This document shows positions 1 through 12,894 of a stretch of DNA of 64,000 bases, piece by piece; position 1 is the stretch's first letter; the number at the start of each line of letters is the position of its first letter. The translations under genes were made by a program, and so were the position numbers. Under the pieces are notes generated by a model that was not told the origin of the DNA, searched no databases, and worked only from the letters and a program-made list of their open reading frames with translations. Source of the DNA: Hormiphora californensis (taxonomy: Eukaryota > Animalia > Ctenophora); contig CM035355.1 in NCBI GenBank assembly GCA_020137815.1, forward strand, positions 1,364,001 to 1,428,000, in the 5' to 3' direction.

Positions 1-28
1 ACTCAACAATGACCTGATCCCTTCTCAG

Positions 29-799
29 GTGGTCCCCTATTCACCAAGAACAATACAGAGTGGCTGCAGTTGGCTCTGGTTAGCTGGGGTCCCTCTGAGA
101 TCACTGAAACTTCCTGGGATGTTAACAGTAATGTTAACTACTACAGAGACTGGATCACAACCAACATGAATGCGTGAGTGGAGAGTGAGATTGTTACCTT
201 AACTAGGGAGAGGGAAATATACAATGGGAACAAGAATAACTGCATTATGATTCATAATGCTGTGTTTCCCCTAATAATTAGGGGAGAGGGAAAACTATTT
301 CTGATAGTCTTATAGTGATCATAAATAAGTTTCACGTTTGTTTAAAACCACAGGTAACTGCAAACTAACTCATGATCTTTGTTCAGTGCCTTTACTGAGT
401 ATAACGTTGAGTACCAAGCCAAGGATACAGCTCAAACCATTACCATCTCGGACATGAGGAACAGGCTTTACAAAGTAATGACTTTCGTTCCTGCAACTAG
501 CACGAAATATGCTTCAATCAGTAAGTTGAGATTTGGGTATGAGACTTTCTTGGTGGGATCACATCAAACCAATCAAATTTAGACTTAAGTGCTTGGGTAT
601 GATAGTAGCTGTAATTGATATATTATTGAGGACAGGTACTGAGACATTCACTTTCGAGTTCTTCGCTTTAAAACCATCACCATCCATCTCAAAATTCATT
701 TTCCCATCAAGTGACTTGCGGTATTCATTACTCGCCTGACAAATTGGACAATTTAAATTTTAAGAAACCTCCACTCAATCAATCTGAGTTCTCTCTCTC

Positions 800-861
<62 letters not shown>

Positions 862-866
862 CTCTC

Positions 867-907
<41 letters not shown>

Positions 908-3900
908 CTCTCTTTCCAGCAATTAAAAGTGGAGACATGAAGGAAGCGGACTTTGTAATGCTCTACGACGGAAAGGACATGTCTACGGCCAAAATGATCG
1001 CTCAACTATCGGGAACTTTGAAGGTACTAACCGGATGAATTTAGGTATTCTGTACAGATTTGTAGATATGGTGGTCGGGTTGAAATCTGTACAGATACGT
1101 GCAGAGTTACTTTAAAAACCGTATTACTGATCTTCGGAACCTTTAGTTTACTAATTAAATATATTACCTGACCTAATCCTCCGTTTTCTAATAGGAAACA
1201 ACGTACACTGCATCTACCACTTCCGGTCTCACCCTTGTAATAATGACTAGTAGCGCTGACAAGAGCACTGGACTGAGCTTTGAAATTAGACAAGTGGGTG
1301 CTGCAGGAGCCTTTACAGAAACATCGTGTGCTAAAGGGTAAGTGATGCTTCATGAATAACTCTTTCAGTCTTGCTCCCTTATTTTCTTGGTAACGCAGTT
1401 CCCCCTACATTGCGGGCACGCTAAAACGTGCCTTACTATCGCAATGCCCTATGTAGACAGAGGGGTAACTTCGTTACCAACTTATTTTCAAGGTTTTGGA
1501 ATACATACTATAAATGTAGACAGATAAGAGGGAGAGAGAGGGACAATGCATAATAGAAAAAGAGAATGACTAAGAGAGAGAGAGTAAGAGACAGAAATAG
1601 TTGCGTGTGTGCCAGCAAGAGAGATCCTGTGGAGTGTGCAGATGTTGGGCATGGTGTACCCTCTCTTACCGGGAAGGAGGAGGGAGAGAATAAGTGAAAG
1701 AGATGTCTCTGTGAAACAACGAGTGGTTCGCTTTCTTAGGATTACCTACGTCCTGCGATCAGTACCTACGGAAAAGTATTTAGAACACACCACTATGTAA
1801 CCATACCAACCAGTAAAGTCCATTTTTATTCAACTGTTCACCCCTCAACTCATGCGCGTGCGATATTTTTATTTACGCTGTGCGCGCTACACGTTAACAT
1901 GTGATAAACGCGCAAAACAATTCCGCGCACGACTTTGGGGGTGAACAGTTGAAAAAAAAATGGAGTATAGTCACGGAGCTATGATCACTCTGAAACAGTT
2001 TAGGATAAAAAGTTAATGAAGGGGAATCTAGAGACTTAAAACGTTAGTACCTCTTGACAGTGGATCTTGCTTGTCCTTCCATTGTTATCCAAAGAATATA
2101 TAAAACTACTAACTTATCTTCGAGGGACAGTAATGAAAGAGCCGGGAGCTGTTTACTAATATTCAAAATGAAAAACAATGTGCCCAACACTGTTTTTCAA
2201 TTTCATTCCAACGGTTTAAGCCCCCATAACAAGAATTATTTGCATTATGTATCCATAATGCTACGTTTCCCTGCACTGCCCTCTTCGATTTGCCATTCAA
2301 CTCGCCCAACTGTCCGCAAAATGTGGATTTGTGTTTTTCGAATTTTTGAACAAAACGCAGAACAGATTTTTCAATTTCTCATTACATTTTCCCCGATCAA
2401 AACGAGCGGCCGATATAAAACAAATTTTGCCACGCGTTACAGTTTATAGCTGCACGCCCCTCATAAAATTTCAATTGTTTGCGTGCGCGCATGTTACTCC
2501 GCAAGTGTCAGATCGCGCGCGCCGCGACGTTGCCCCTCGCAACGAAAGTGTGACCAAAATGGTCCCTCTACCGATTAGTTAGTATACCAAAATGTCGTTT
2601 TCGAATTCTAACCCTGCTATTTGTAAAAAGGCATCCGGGTGAATGCCTTCGGCATTCACCCGGGCAGGGAAAAAATATACCAACTGATTATAATCCGATA
2701 AAACTTACTGTTATAGTTCAAAACCTGATACATAAGACCATCTGCAGATCCTAGTTTATCTAAAAATTGTATCCAATCAACCGTATCTCCTTCCCAAAGT
2801 GGTACACATGTATCTTCATTCGACTCCTTAAAAACAACCTATATAAAATGGTAACTGGTAAGACTAGCTATCAATAAATCTGCTAGGTACCCGGCGTGTT
2901 CTCAAAATGAAGTTACTCAAAACGAAGTAAGAGGAGGGTGAGCTTTTGACAGAAGCCTTTTCATGTTTTACTTACATGCAATGCGATATCGGTGCCTTCC
3001 AGAATTGCCGATAGACTTGTTTTTGTTTTACTGAACCTCCAGATATAATTCTGGGCAGAGTTAGGGACGGCAATGTTAGAGATCGTTCCACAGTTTGCCA
3101 AAACAAATTTTATCATCGTCGACTTGTTGATAACTGCGAGTGCTGAAAACAACTCGCTTTCCCCGGATTTACCAACTGCCAGTTGGATTGTACTTAAAGA
3201 TTTGGAGAGCACCCGGATACTGGAACGTTCAAAGTTGTGGGTGATTTTCTGGTTTATAACTACCGGCATCCAACCTGTAGTAAAAGGGAAACGAATCATT
3301 TTCTGAACCTATACTAAAGTTTGAATTGTGACTCAATAAATGAAAAACACAAAACAGAACCTAAACTTTAGGTTGGTTCAATATCAACACAATTTATTTA
3401 ACATACCTGTTGTTATACCCACAACCACCTCTGTCAGGACAATGTCCGTGCTCACACCAGACAGCATGACATATCTACCAACCGCATCACAATCAAATAT
3501 GTAGATGTTATCGGCTTGTGTGAGTTTTCCACTCAGCTCCATAGTGCCACAGGACACCGCTGATCCCCCTTCACTTTCTACAGAGATGTCGTATCCTGAG
3601 TTACCACTAACACATTTGTTCCAATTTTCCATGCTTTCCAGGCACCAATACTGTTGTTCAGATTTTGGGAACTCCTCCATAAACAGGTAGTGGAGGGTGA
3701 CCAAGCGGACGTATTGAGTCGCCCCAAGGTCAAATTTAATCCAAGTTGCACCATTTACCGTCCCTGTAAAAGGTGCGGAGATTATGCTCAAGGTTCTAGA
3801 TTCTCGGCCAGTGAGCAAGCAACTCTGGCTATTACTGAAGCCAGGGGAACATCGCCCTAATTATAAACCTTGCTACCAGGGGACTACAAAACATAATTAT

Positions 3901-6900
3901 AAACCTACCAAAGGTCGAGATATCTTTATCAAACATCAGGGATGGATCCTGCACCGAATATGGGATTTTGGATTGAGTAGATGATACTGGAGAGATCTCA
4001 TTTGGCCCCAACTTCAACTCTGATGAAAATTGAAATTGTTTACTGTTAAATTTACTACATGTTATGGTTAAAACAGCTATGAAAACAAAGTATGTGTATG
4101 ACTTTATCAAACCTCTCGTTGGGGCAGTTGCCGAGACTCCAGGTGGGACCTCCAGTAATAACCATAACGGGTGACAACTAAAAATCTGGACATTTTTCTG
4201 TGAGCTCTAGCGCCGGTCTCGTTTGAGATACAGCTTCGGGCCAGTGATAGAACGAATTTTCAGACAATTTTGAATCAGAATAACATAACCGGAAAGACTA
4301 AAAAGTTCATTTTCATTGCCATATCGCAACATTTCCTCTTGACCCACCAAAGCATGTAGTACGGAGATTTGAGATTTCTATGTGATCAGAAACAACCTTC
4401 CCGATGAAATAGAATTCTCAAAATTGGAAGTCTGGTTGTTCATGCCATGACCAACATAACTGCCAAGTTTCAACATTTTAGCTTATCAGGGAGTTGGTTT
4501 TCCACGTCATAAATGTTTCGAGAGATCGTCAAAATGGCGATTTCTCAAATTACCTGTAAACTACGATTTGAAAGGTTTGTTACAGATGATTCTGTGATCA
4601 GAATTGAGATTAACGGAGTGTGGAACAAAGTTAATTTCGTACAAAATTGTCTGAAAAATCATTCTATCGCTGCCCCGAAGCTGTATCTCAAAAAGAACAG
4701 GCGCTAGAGGTGCTAGAAAAGTGTGTAAATTTCACGTAATACATGCTTTGGTGGGGGAAGAGGAAGTGATGCGATATCGCAATGAAAATGAACTTTTAAG
4801 TCTTTCCCGTTGTGTTATTCTGATTCAAAATTGTCTGAAAAATCGTTCTATCACTGGCCTGAAGCTGTATCTCAAACGGGGACGGCGCTAGAGCTCACAG
4901 AAAAGTGTCCAGATTTTTAGTTGTCACCCGTTACCAGCACCAAGACCAACATTTCAACAGTACTAAACAGCTAAAAAGGAAGATTGAATTATAACAAAAG
5001 AATGGCTTATTAATAAAATCATACGAGGGGGAAATCAGATCTATACTGTTTATTTTTTCCCCGCCCGGGTGAATGCCGAAGGCATTCACCCGGATGCCTT
5101 TTGCAAAAAGGCATAGGGGTTTAGAATTCGACAAGTTTACATACTAGTGAAGTGTCACGCTTTTTTTGTCCCGTGACGTAACCCGATTAGTTGCGAGGGA
5201 CAACAGTGTTGCTCCTTCATCAAATACTTCAATGGCACGTTTTCAGGAGATGTGAGCCGCGCAATGTGGCACGCAATTTAGTGCTACTAAAACACAATTT
5301 GTTCTATACGGTTTGAGTGATTCATAAATGATCGGAAATGTCTGTCCCGCCTTCACATTAGATGGTTATGAAAATAAAGGTTGGCGGGGAAACATAGCAT
5401 TATGAAACATAATACAGTTATTCTTGTTGGAGAGCAGTTGTAAGCTCACGAGAGTAACATACAAAGTGTGGGCATTGAACATTGGGATTCAGGATACGGG
5501 AGGGAGAGCCGAGTGTCTCCACACATAATACTACTAAGAATAGTAACACCTGCAAAATACACTGATGGCGGTATTATAGTTATACCCGCTGCTCCTTCAT
5601 AACACAACAAATGTTTCAGATACGCGAGGTGTAAAGATAACAAATACTGTGTCAGTACCCAACTGTTTTGCGATGGAGAGGGTGGTGAATGTAAGTAAAA
5701 TTGTGTTAACTTGCTGTAAATGTTGCAATAATTGTGCGGTAAAATATACAGATCAAAACGGAACAAAATTTAGCCAAAAAGAAGCACTGACAGTTAATAC
5801 ATTACGAATAACGATGGGTTCGGGCCAATAAGCCATATGTCATAAAATAGGTCGATATTGCTTAAATTAGATACTCGTTATTGTGTTTTCTAGTCTATTG
5901 TCCAATATTTCTCCTCCGAAAATTAAGCATTATATATCCGCCTGCTGCTAAGAGCCACATGCTGTTTCATCATCCTGGTAACGACCGTGCCTCTAGGCAT
6001 TGACTACAGCGACGAAGACGCGGACTATTGTAAAGAAGTGAAGAAAGATAACGATGATGGAAATGATGGGGATGATGGAAAGGGAGATGATGGAAAAGGG
6101 GATGATGGAAAGGGAGATGATGGAAAGGGCAACAAAACCAACAATGACACTAAATCAGCTACCTGGCGAACTGTTGATACCTTCCCTTACACCTTATTTG
6201 CCATTGCATTTACTTTCCTTGTCCCTGCATTCCTTCAATGATGAATAGATCAGACTCAGTACTCACAAGGACCTTTAGGATCCGGACCTATAGAACCTTC
6301 TCATAGCTGAAAGGCTGAACAAACCAACTTCTGATTCCACTAGGAACTTTTACTCGCGAATAGAAACTACTAACTAGCTATGTATTGTATACATTTTTGT
6401 ATAATTGAGAATTTTAATGTTTGTAGATATTTCAGATTCTTAGTAAAAATAATGCCTTTTTACTTCTCACGTCTGCTGTTCGACCGTGCAGACCTAGGGG
6501 ATTGGGTGTCCCCCTTTCCTTCTCGGTGTGCGGACTCTAGTGCTACACTCTAAGTCTACAGTGGACTCTATATCTAAATTTAGACTTAGATAAAGAGTCC
6601 AAATAAGTCTAAACTCTAGGAGGACTCTATCTCTAAAAAGTCTAAACAGGGCGGACTCTTTATCTAAAAAGTCTACAAAGAGCGGACTCTATATCTACAT
6701 AAATCTAAATTAGACATGGAGTCCGCCATTCTCAGCGAACTCGAGATTTCGGCCGTTAGGCCGGAAACGAGAGTTTGCTGTACCTCTATACTAATTGAGA
6801 AGTGTTAGGGCCATTATTTGGGTTCGAGGTTAGGGTTAGGGTTAGGGTTGGGGTTAGGTTTTGGGTTGGTTTAGGATTTTAGACATAGAGTCCGGGTTGG

Positions 6901-7444
6901 GGGATTTGGCGCCAAAATGTACCAGGGGACTCTATGTCTAAAAAGTCTACACAGTGCGGACTCTATATCTAAAAAGTCTACACTGGGCGGACTCTTTATC
7001 TAAATTTTTTTCAAAGTCTAACTGTAGATAAAGAGTCCGCTTTTAGATATAGAGTCCGCCTTGAATTTAGATAAAGAGTCCGTTAGCACTAGAGTCCGCC
7101 CACCTTCCTTCTCTTCCCATGTTCTCGGTTTTTCTCTGTTTCCTTTATTTGGAATCACTTCGTGTGCATGAGGGGCTATAGTCCAACTACCTTTCAATAC
7201 TATTGCTCTACTGGTGGCTGTATTCGAAAAATTTATCAAACGAACGGCGTTAGTAAACCCGGCATCTCTCTTTACTTTCTCGTTCTTCTCTCACCCCTCT
7301 ATTCTTGCAGGTATGGACTACAGCGATGAAGACACGGCGTACTGTGAAACTGTTAAGGAGAGTGGGGGAATCAAGCTGAGCTCTTATTCAGTAGCACTAA
7401 TTTCCACGTGTCTTATGGTCTTTGGAGCGCTCATGAACACATGA
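29..7444 (+). CDS. 3' part of a trypsin-like (S1) serine protease gene with a C-terminal LDLa module and alternative GPI-signal terminal exons. Exons 29-173, 5620-5690, then 5997-6241 or 7311-7444; 5' end outside window
   Basis: Exon 29-173 reads GGPLFTKNNTEWLQLALVSWG...VNYYRDWITTNMN (S1 C-terminus) and ends GC|gtgagt. Phase 2 matches ag|A at 5620 (YARCKDNKYCVSTQLFCDGEGGE). Both downstream exons complete a Cys codon, read C-x-DYSDED-xx-YC and end in hydrophobic tails. Confidence 0.75.
229..294 (+). mobile_element. Minimal copy of Helentron-like dispersed element
   Basis: AACAAGAAT start, GCATTATG/CATAATGC palindrome, GTTTCCC...GGGAAAA sub-terminal inverted repeats; same ends as 2227-2675. 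Confidence 0.5.
790..912. repeat. (CT)n microsatellite
   Basis: Directly visible. Confidence 0.98.
1185..4952 (-). CDS. Secreted/surface protein: signal peptide, F-type lectin/discoidin-like domain, second beta-rich domain. Exons 4952-4113 (MITE-interrupted), 3986-3909, 3763-3407, 3274-2976, 2838-2709, possible last exon from 1330
   Basis: GT-AG phases are consistent across five exons. Motifs FDKDISTF, WIKFDLGATQYVRLV and FDCDAVGRYVMLS..IVLTEVVV. The last exon (KLSPVLLSALLVIIT) is tentative. Confidence 0.7.
1818..1966. mobile_element. ~150 bp MITE
   Basis: TIRs CCATTTTTATTCAACTGTTCACCCC / GGGGTGAACAGTTGAAAAAAAAATGG. Confidence 0.7.
2227..2675 (+). mobile_element. Helentron-like non-autonomous element
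   Basis: 5' TAACAAGAAT plus palindrome plus GTTTCCCTGC; 3' perfect 13-bp hairpin CCGGGTGAATGCC-TTC-GGCATTCACCCGG plus GCAGGGAAAA. Confidence 0.65.
4167..4931. mobile_element. Tc1/mariner-type MITE, ~190-bp TIRs, TA TSD
   Basis: TA|ACGGGTGACAACTAAAAATCTGGACA ... TGTCCAGATTTTTAGTTGTCACCCGT|TA. Confidence 0.9.
5053..5428 (-). mobile_element. Helentron-like element, inverted relative to 2227-2675
   Basis: Same 13-bp hairpin and terminal motifs on the reverse strand. Confidence 0.65.
6525..7104. mobile_element. Mutator-like non-autonomous element with 9-bp TSD
   Basis: TSD TTCCTTCTC (6516-6524, 7105-7113); TIR GGTG(T/G)GCGGACTCTAGTGCTA; many GGACTCT(A/T)TATCTAAA subrepeats; internal TTAGGG run. 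Confidence 0.85.
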
Positions 7445-8689
7445 TGGTGAAATTATTACATTTTGTTGGTCTTATGTATTGTAGATTGGAACGGGATGTT
7501 TTTGTAAGTCATTTTCAGTCAGATTTATAATGTTTTGGTTTCAGGTTTGGGTATGTTATGTGTATTTGTAAATGGAAGGGTTTGTAAATATTAATATTTA
7601 AATTGTATTTTTAGATTATTTACGTTTGTTAAGAATTGTAATTTGATTCTGTCAGTATTCTAGTTAAATTTAAAACTACAATTTTTAAACACGACTTGTA
7701 TCTTTATTACGTTTTTACGTGCAATCCAGTTTCAATATACGAGAATTGCAGTTACATAGTTGCTTCACGTTTGAGGTTGACCTGACCTCATAAAAAGGCA
7801 AAAGGGCGCTTCTTTCGGATCGGGTTTGAACTTATTAATCATCATATTATTTTGTTCGTATAAGTGGTATAATTAGCCTAACAATATCAGCACCCACCCC
7901 ACAGTGACAAAAAGTGTTCCCAGTTCCATGTTGGAGGATATTAATTTATGCTAATCGTCATTGTATCACTACTCTGACTACGGTGTATCTAGCCTTTGTG
8001 GCGCTAGCATTTCTACTACTAGACAAACTGCATCTGTAACGCAGTACAGTTGATCTTTGTTGAGTATGTGGTCAACAGGTTGATCTACTATATATATGCC
8101 TCCTCCCCGGCTGTATCTCTGTGGTTTCTGTGTGTTACCCATGGTACTATCCTCCATTAGGATCCATTAGTCACATGTTAACTGGAAATCTTAAAAGCCC
8201 CCAAAAAGCAATCTCAAAAATTGTAAACTCAATTTATTGCATCGTGAGCATCTAAAATCTAGAAAATGAATTGCTCGCGTTTTTTGTTGATTGGCAGACA
8301 ATGACTGATTGGAACACGTCAAAAGTTAATGAAATATTGAAATTAGCACTGGCAGAATTTGTCTAACTCTTTTGAAGTGTCACTTGCGCAATGTTAATTT
8401 AAAATTCTTAATGACTCCAAGACCTTGCGTGAACACTGAACACTGGGAGTGGGAAGCGATTCCGGTTCATTGAATCATTGAACTCTCCAATGATTCTTGA
8501 TTGCTGTACTGTACCATGAGTACACCCACTCACTCTGGACTAACCATGATGATGCCATCATGCTCCCTGAAGGGATCATGACAGACCATTCAGACCATGA
8601 TGGTATGGCACCTGTTGTTTCAAGTGTGTGCCAGGTGCAGCACCTGTCTGCAGTTTAGTACCGCACCCAATTCTAGCCTGGGGGCAATA

Positions 8690-11600
8690 CCTTTCCGTAT
8701 CTTCTTCTTCTTCGATATCTCTACCTCTATATCTTCCTCTCTGTTAACACAATTTTCTATCTCTTTCTTTCTGTCTATCCCCGTTTGAAATTGGTCCTGC
8801 CACGATAGAAAGAGACATGTCCATCTAGACTGCAGAAGTATTTGATTCGCACACTGGGGTCACGAAAGGGCCAGCTTACGGTATCCGACATTGCTACTAA
8901 TTTGTCATCTTCTAGTCTGGGTGAATGAATCTCCGACAAGAATAGTTCCTTCATGGATCATTGCATAGAGATCATAATTTCTTTTCTCTCTCTGATCAAA
9001 CTCGAATCAAAGGTAGCCGTGGTGAACTTCATGAATGCCACTGAATCTTCCATTTTTTCCCGGTTTCACGCTTCTCCCCCCCCCCTCTCTCTCTCTCTCT
9101 CTCTCCCCTCTCTCTCAACTAAATAAACTCTGTGTGGGTAGCTATATAATTGAGGCACAGTAACGCGTTGTTCGGTTTCTTGTCACGTGATAAATGCCTC
9201 CCCTACTAAATTAGCAGTGGAGAAGCGAATTCGGCAACATTGGGGGTGGTGCAATAGTCACTCTTCTGATTTTAGTAGACAAGAGGGAGAGAGAGAGAGC
9301 ACTTCAGTCCATTAATCTGCCAGTAACATATTTTAAAGTGGGGTATAATTTTCACAATTCGCGACACCTTTTGACAAATGACCCTTTTTGTGGGGACTGC
9401 TGCCAGGAGAATGAGTAGAGGGGTAAAAAGGACAAATTTGACTACCAATATATTCTACCACCACACCTACTTTGACTTGAACAGCTCTTCTACTTTTCTC
9501 ATTTTTGTTCTTCAGACGGTCTCGTCAGTCGTTAGCTATACTTCCATCTAGACAAAGAGACAAGAAGATTGTCTAGATGAGCTCAGATCAGCTCCTTTTA
9601 TGTTTATATACCCTGCCGTGAACTAGCCCGGCACAATAGAGAGTACAGCCTAGTAAAACTACTGAGTACTACCACCCCAAAACAACTTCTTTCAGCCTCA
9701 TTGCTTGTGGAACGTGACCGGTCCTGTGCCATCCTTACCTCCAAATTTCTGCTCTTGGTTGCCTTGGTAGCTTGACTACACATGTCCGATTGACTGTATC
9801 TTGAAGTGATCACAATCACCCCCGGACTAGTATTTTGCTTTGCAGTTTTAGAGGTGTCTCTTGCAACACGTCGTTCTGAATTATGGTGCTCCTAGAAGTA
9901 TGCAAGGTACAGATTGCAGTGCATTGAATATACTTTGAATTTACTGCAGCACACACCTTCTTATATCGCACTGTCCAGTTCTCTATAATCACAGCAACCC
10001 AAGATGTGTTTCACAAAACCGCTCACCATGAAGAGGGGCCACACCTTCCCCTAACAGTAGCACTTTTTACAGAGACACATACATATTTTGAGTAGTGTGC
10101 ATTACCCAATAACTTATCGAGCAGTCCTGATTTTCAGCTTGCACCGGCCACTCGGAGATGGACAGAGGGAAGAAAGGGTGCTTAGCTGCCACATGAGAGA
10201 GTGGTTAGAGAGGGGAGGGGCTAGAGATAGAGGGAGCTGTTTAAAAGTACGGTTTGGGAAATGTGAGCAATGCAGCTGCATAGCTTGCACGTGGTAATCA
10301 CAGCTCTCTAGTCAGCATCCCCTCATTTATATGACAACGAAAATTCTTCCTCTGATCCCTCTTTCTGTCCCTCTCTGATCCTTATTTCTGTCCCTCTTTC
10401 TCTCTCTCTCTGATCCCTCTTTCTGTCCCTCTCAGCTCTGATCCTTCTTTCTGTCCCTCTCTCACTCTCCAGCTCCCATTTTCTGTCTCTGTCTCTGTCT
10501 TTATCTCTGTCTTTGTCTCTGACTCTCTGTCTCTGTCTCTGTCTCTGTCTCTGTCTCTGTCTTTATCTCTGTCTCTGTCTCTGTCTCTGTCTCTGTCTCT
10601 GTCTCTGTCTCTGTCTCTGTCTCTGTCTCTGTCTCTGTCTCTGTCTCTGTCTCTGTCTCTGTCTTTGTCTCTGTCTCTGTCTCTGTCTCTGTCTCTGTCT
10701 CTGTCTCTGGTTCTGTCTCTGGTTCTGTCTCTGTCTCTCTGTGTTTTTCTCCCTCTCACAATATCTCGAAGACGTGCGCTATCATTATCATGAGCACTAG
10801 GAACCATTGCGCCATCATCAATGTTAATGACTAGCTATCACGTGACTAGACACAGCTGCCTGCTTTTCCATTACTAAGGGCCAAACTCTCCTTTTTTCTA
10901 TCCCTTTCCTTTTATTTCCCATCACTCTTTCTCCCGACACCAACCTCTCTAGTCACTCTCCCTCTCCCTCTCTAGTCACTCTCCCTCTGGTTACTTGAGT
11001 CCTACTATTCTAACATGACACCGGCCAATAACTAATAATCTGTATCCTACGATAATAGGGATCTCCAAGTCCCCTTTGTTTTTCTCACGTGTCTTGGTGC
11101 ACTACCACCAACAGAACCTAAATAGAAGCATTGTTTTACTTTTGATATCGAGCCATTCCGAGATAGAACTCAGAGAGGCTACTCGTTGAAGTTCTAGTTG
11201 TACCTGGGTACTCCATCAGCCTTGGTGAAAACCATGATCCTCGCTTGGAGTACTAGGTTGTGACACTTGACGGGTTTACAAAGACTTATACTGCTCTCGT
11301 GATTAAGAATACTGGGCTCAAGGTCCAGTTTATACCTGGTAGTGTTATCCAGGCTACTTATAGGCAGCTGTATCCCGAGGTAGCATTTGATTTAACATAT
11401 TATTTGGTGAAACAATACATATAATAGGGAGCTGGTGCGTTAGTCATGGGTGGTTGCACCCGAGCAGCTGATTATTGAGTGTGATCTGAATTTAGTCACT
11501 ATATTTCATCCTCCCCGTAGGTCCACGTAACAATCTCTCTGACACATGTGCCCGGGTCCGCTAATTTCGCCTCTTGAAAGTTGTGTAACAACCTACCGGG

Positions 11601-12050
11601 ATATTGCTGTAACTATAAAATGACCGGGGAATAAATGGGAAAGTGGGAGAGAGAGAAAAAGAGAGGTCAGAGTAGTACTAAAAAGATCAGACAAGATACC
11701 ACATGGCTCCTGTCTGTAGCACTGTCTGAACACTATACTGTAGTAAAATTGTTTCACGTGCCCTAATTTTAGTTTCCCCTTATCCCCCCCCCCCCCCCGG
11801 TTAGAGAGGATTTGAAGAGGGATGATTCTCTTGTAAAGGGATGATTCTCTTGTAAAGGGATGTTTCTCTTGTAAATTGTAAAACGGCCCTTTCTTAGAGG
11901 GGAAATCCTCTATTGTAAATTATATTTCTTTCTAGATTTTTAATCTAAGCTGCACTGGGGCTCTTTGACCTCTATAAATTTTTTTGCCTCTTTTGAAACC
12001 TACTTGACAGCGGCACAAGAATCATACAGCAACAACATACAGTATTCAAC
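8690..12050 (-). CDS. Possible uncharacterised multi-exon gene (scattered short exons)
   Basis: Several AG/GT-bounded open segments, e.g. ~11200-11336 [15 protein letters not shown]...FTKADGVP; no family recognised. Confidence 0.25.
10483..10740. repeat. (CTCTGT)n hexamer microsatellite
   Basis: Directly visible. Confidence 0.97.
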
Positions 12051-12459
12051 ACCTTGGATTTGTTTGTATTCACTATAGACACGTGTGAACTAGAATTATA
12101 CACTGTCTGTTATTTATACTGACATAATACATTTTATTTGTAGGGGCTATTCAAATTGACCCACTCATACACGACCAGCATGAGCAGGCTTAGCTATTTT
12201 CTGCCTGAATGAGCTTCTGAATCAATCATACCCACTAATGCGTGTGTACATATCAATTGATTATTTCCGGGTGCCCCAATCCCCTAATTGCTAAAATATC
12301 CTCGTTTAAATCAAGTTGCTTTCTGTGTACTTCTACGAAGTATATGGATACCTCGTGTTTCATTTAGCAGTATAGTGCATATATTATTACAATGTTCATG
12401 GGTTTTGTTGAATCTTTAATTGAGAAAGAATACTTTGATTAGCCTACTACAGTATGGCC

Positions 12460-12564
12460 TTGATATGTTTACAAGGCAAGGCGCTGACAAGGGCCATAAT
12501 AGGCAAGGCGCTGACAAGGGCCATGATATGTTTACAAGGCAAGGCGCTGACAAGGGCCATGATA
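12460..12564. repeat. Three copies of AGGCAAGGCGCTGACAAGGGCCAT
   Basis: Directly visible. Confidence 0.85.
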
Positions 12565-12894
12565 CGCAAGCACTTACTGCTTAGATCTCTCTTCTTGCAT
12601 TTTTAGTTCGACTTTTTCCCTATTCTAACTCACGAATTCGACTTGGAGTTCACGCCCGAAACTACTACTCTGGGCTGATCGGCGATCGGTTGAGTAGACC
12701 GAGTAGCTAAAATTATATGTTTGGTATGTTTGCCATTTGGTATGTTTGGTATGAACGTACCGTGCGTCGAGTATAAAACAAAGCTAACTTGTCGAGCCCC
12801 TACTAGATTTGTGTCTAGAATCTTAGTCTGAAATGATCTGTGGAACGTTGGCTAAAACGAACTATTCATCAAGTACTTCCCCTTTCTATCAGGT

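Noticed and set aside
711-1005. LSLS/RERE ORFs (also near 10400-10800, 28800-29100, 61500-61870)
   Set aside because: Translations of microsatellites
2227-5428. Composite transposon capturing the lectin-like gene between inverted copies
   Set aside because: The two copies have diverged interiors, no shared TSD, and the family is dispersed; independent insertions are simpler
6830-6858. Telomere or chromosome-fusion scar
   Set aside because: Only a few units, inside a TSD-bounded element
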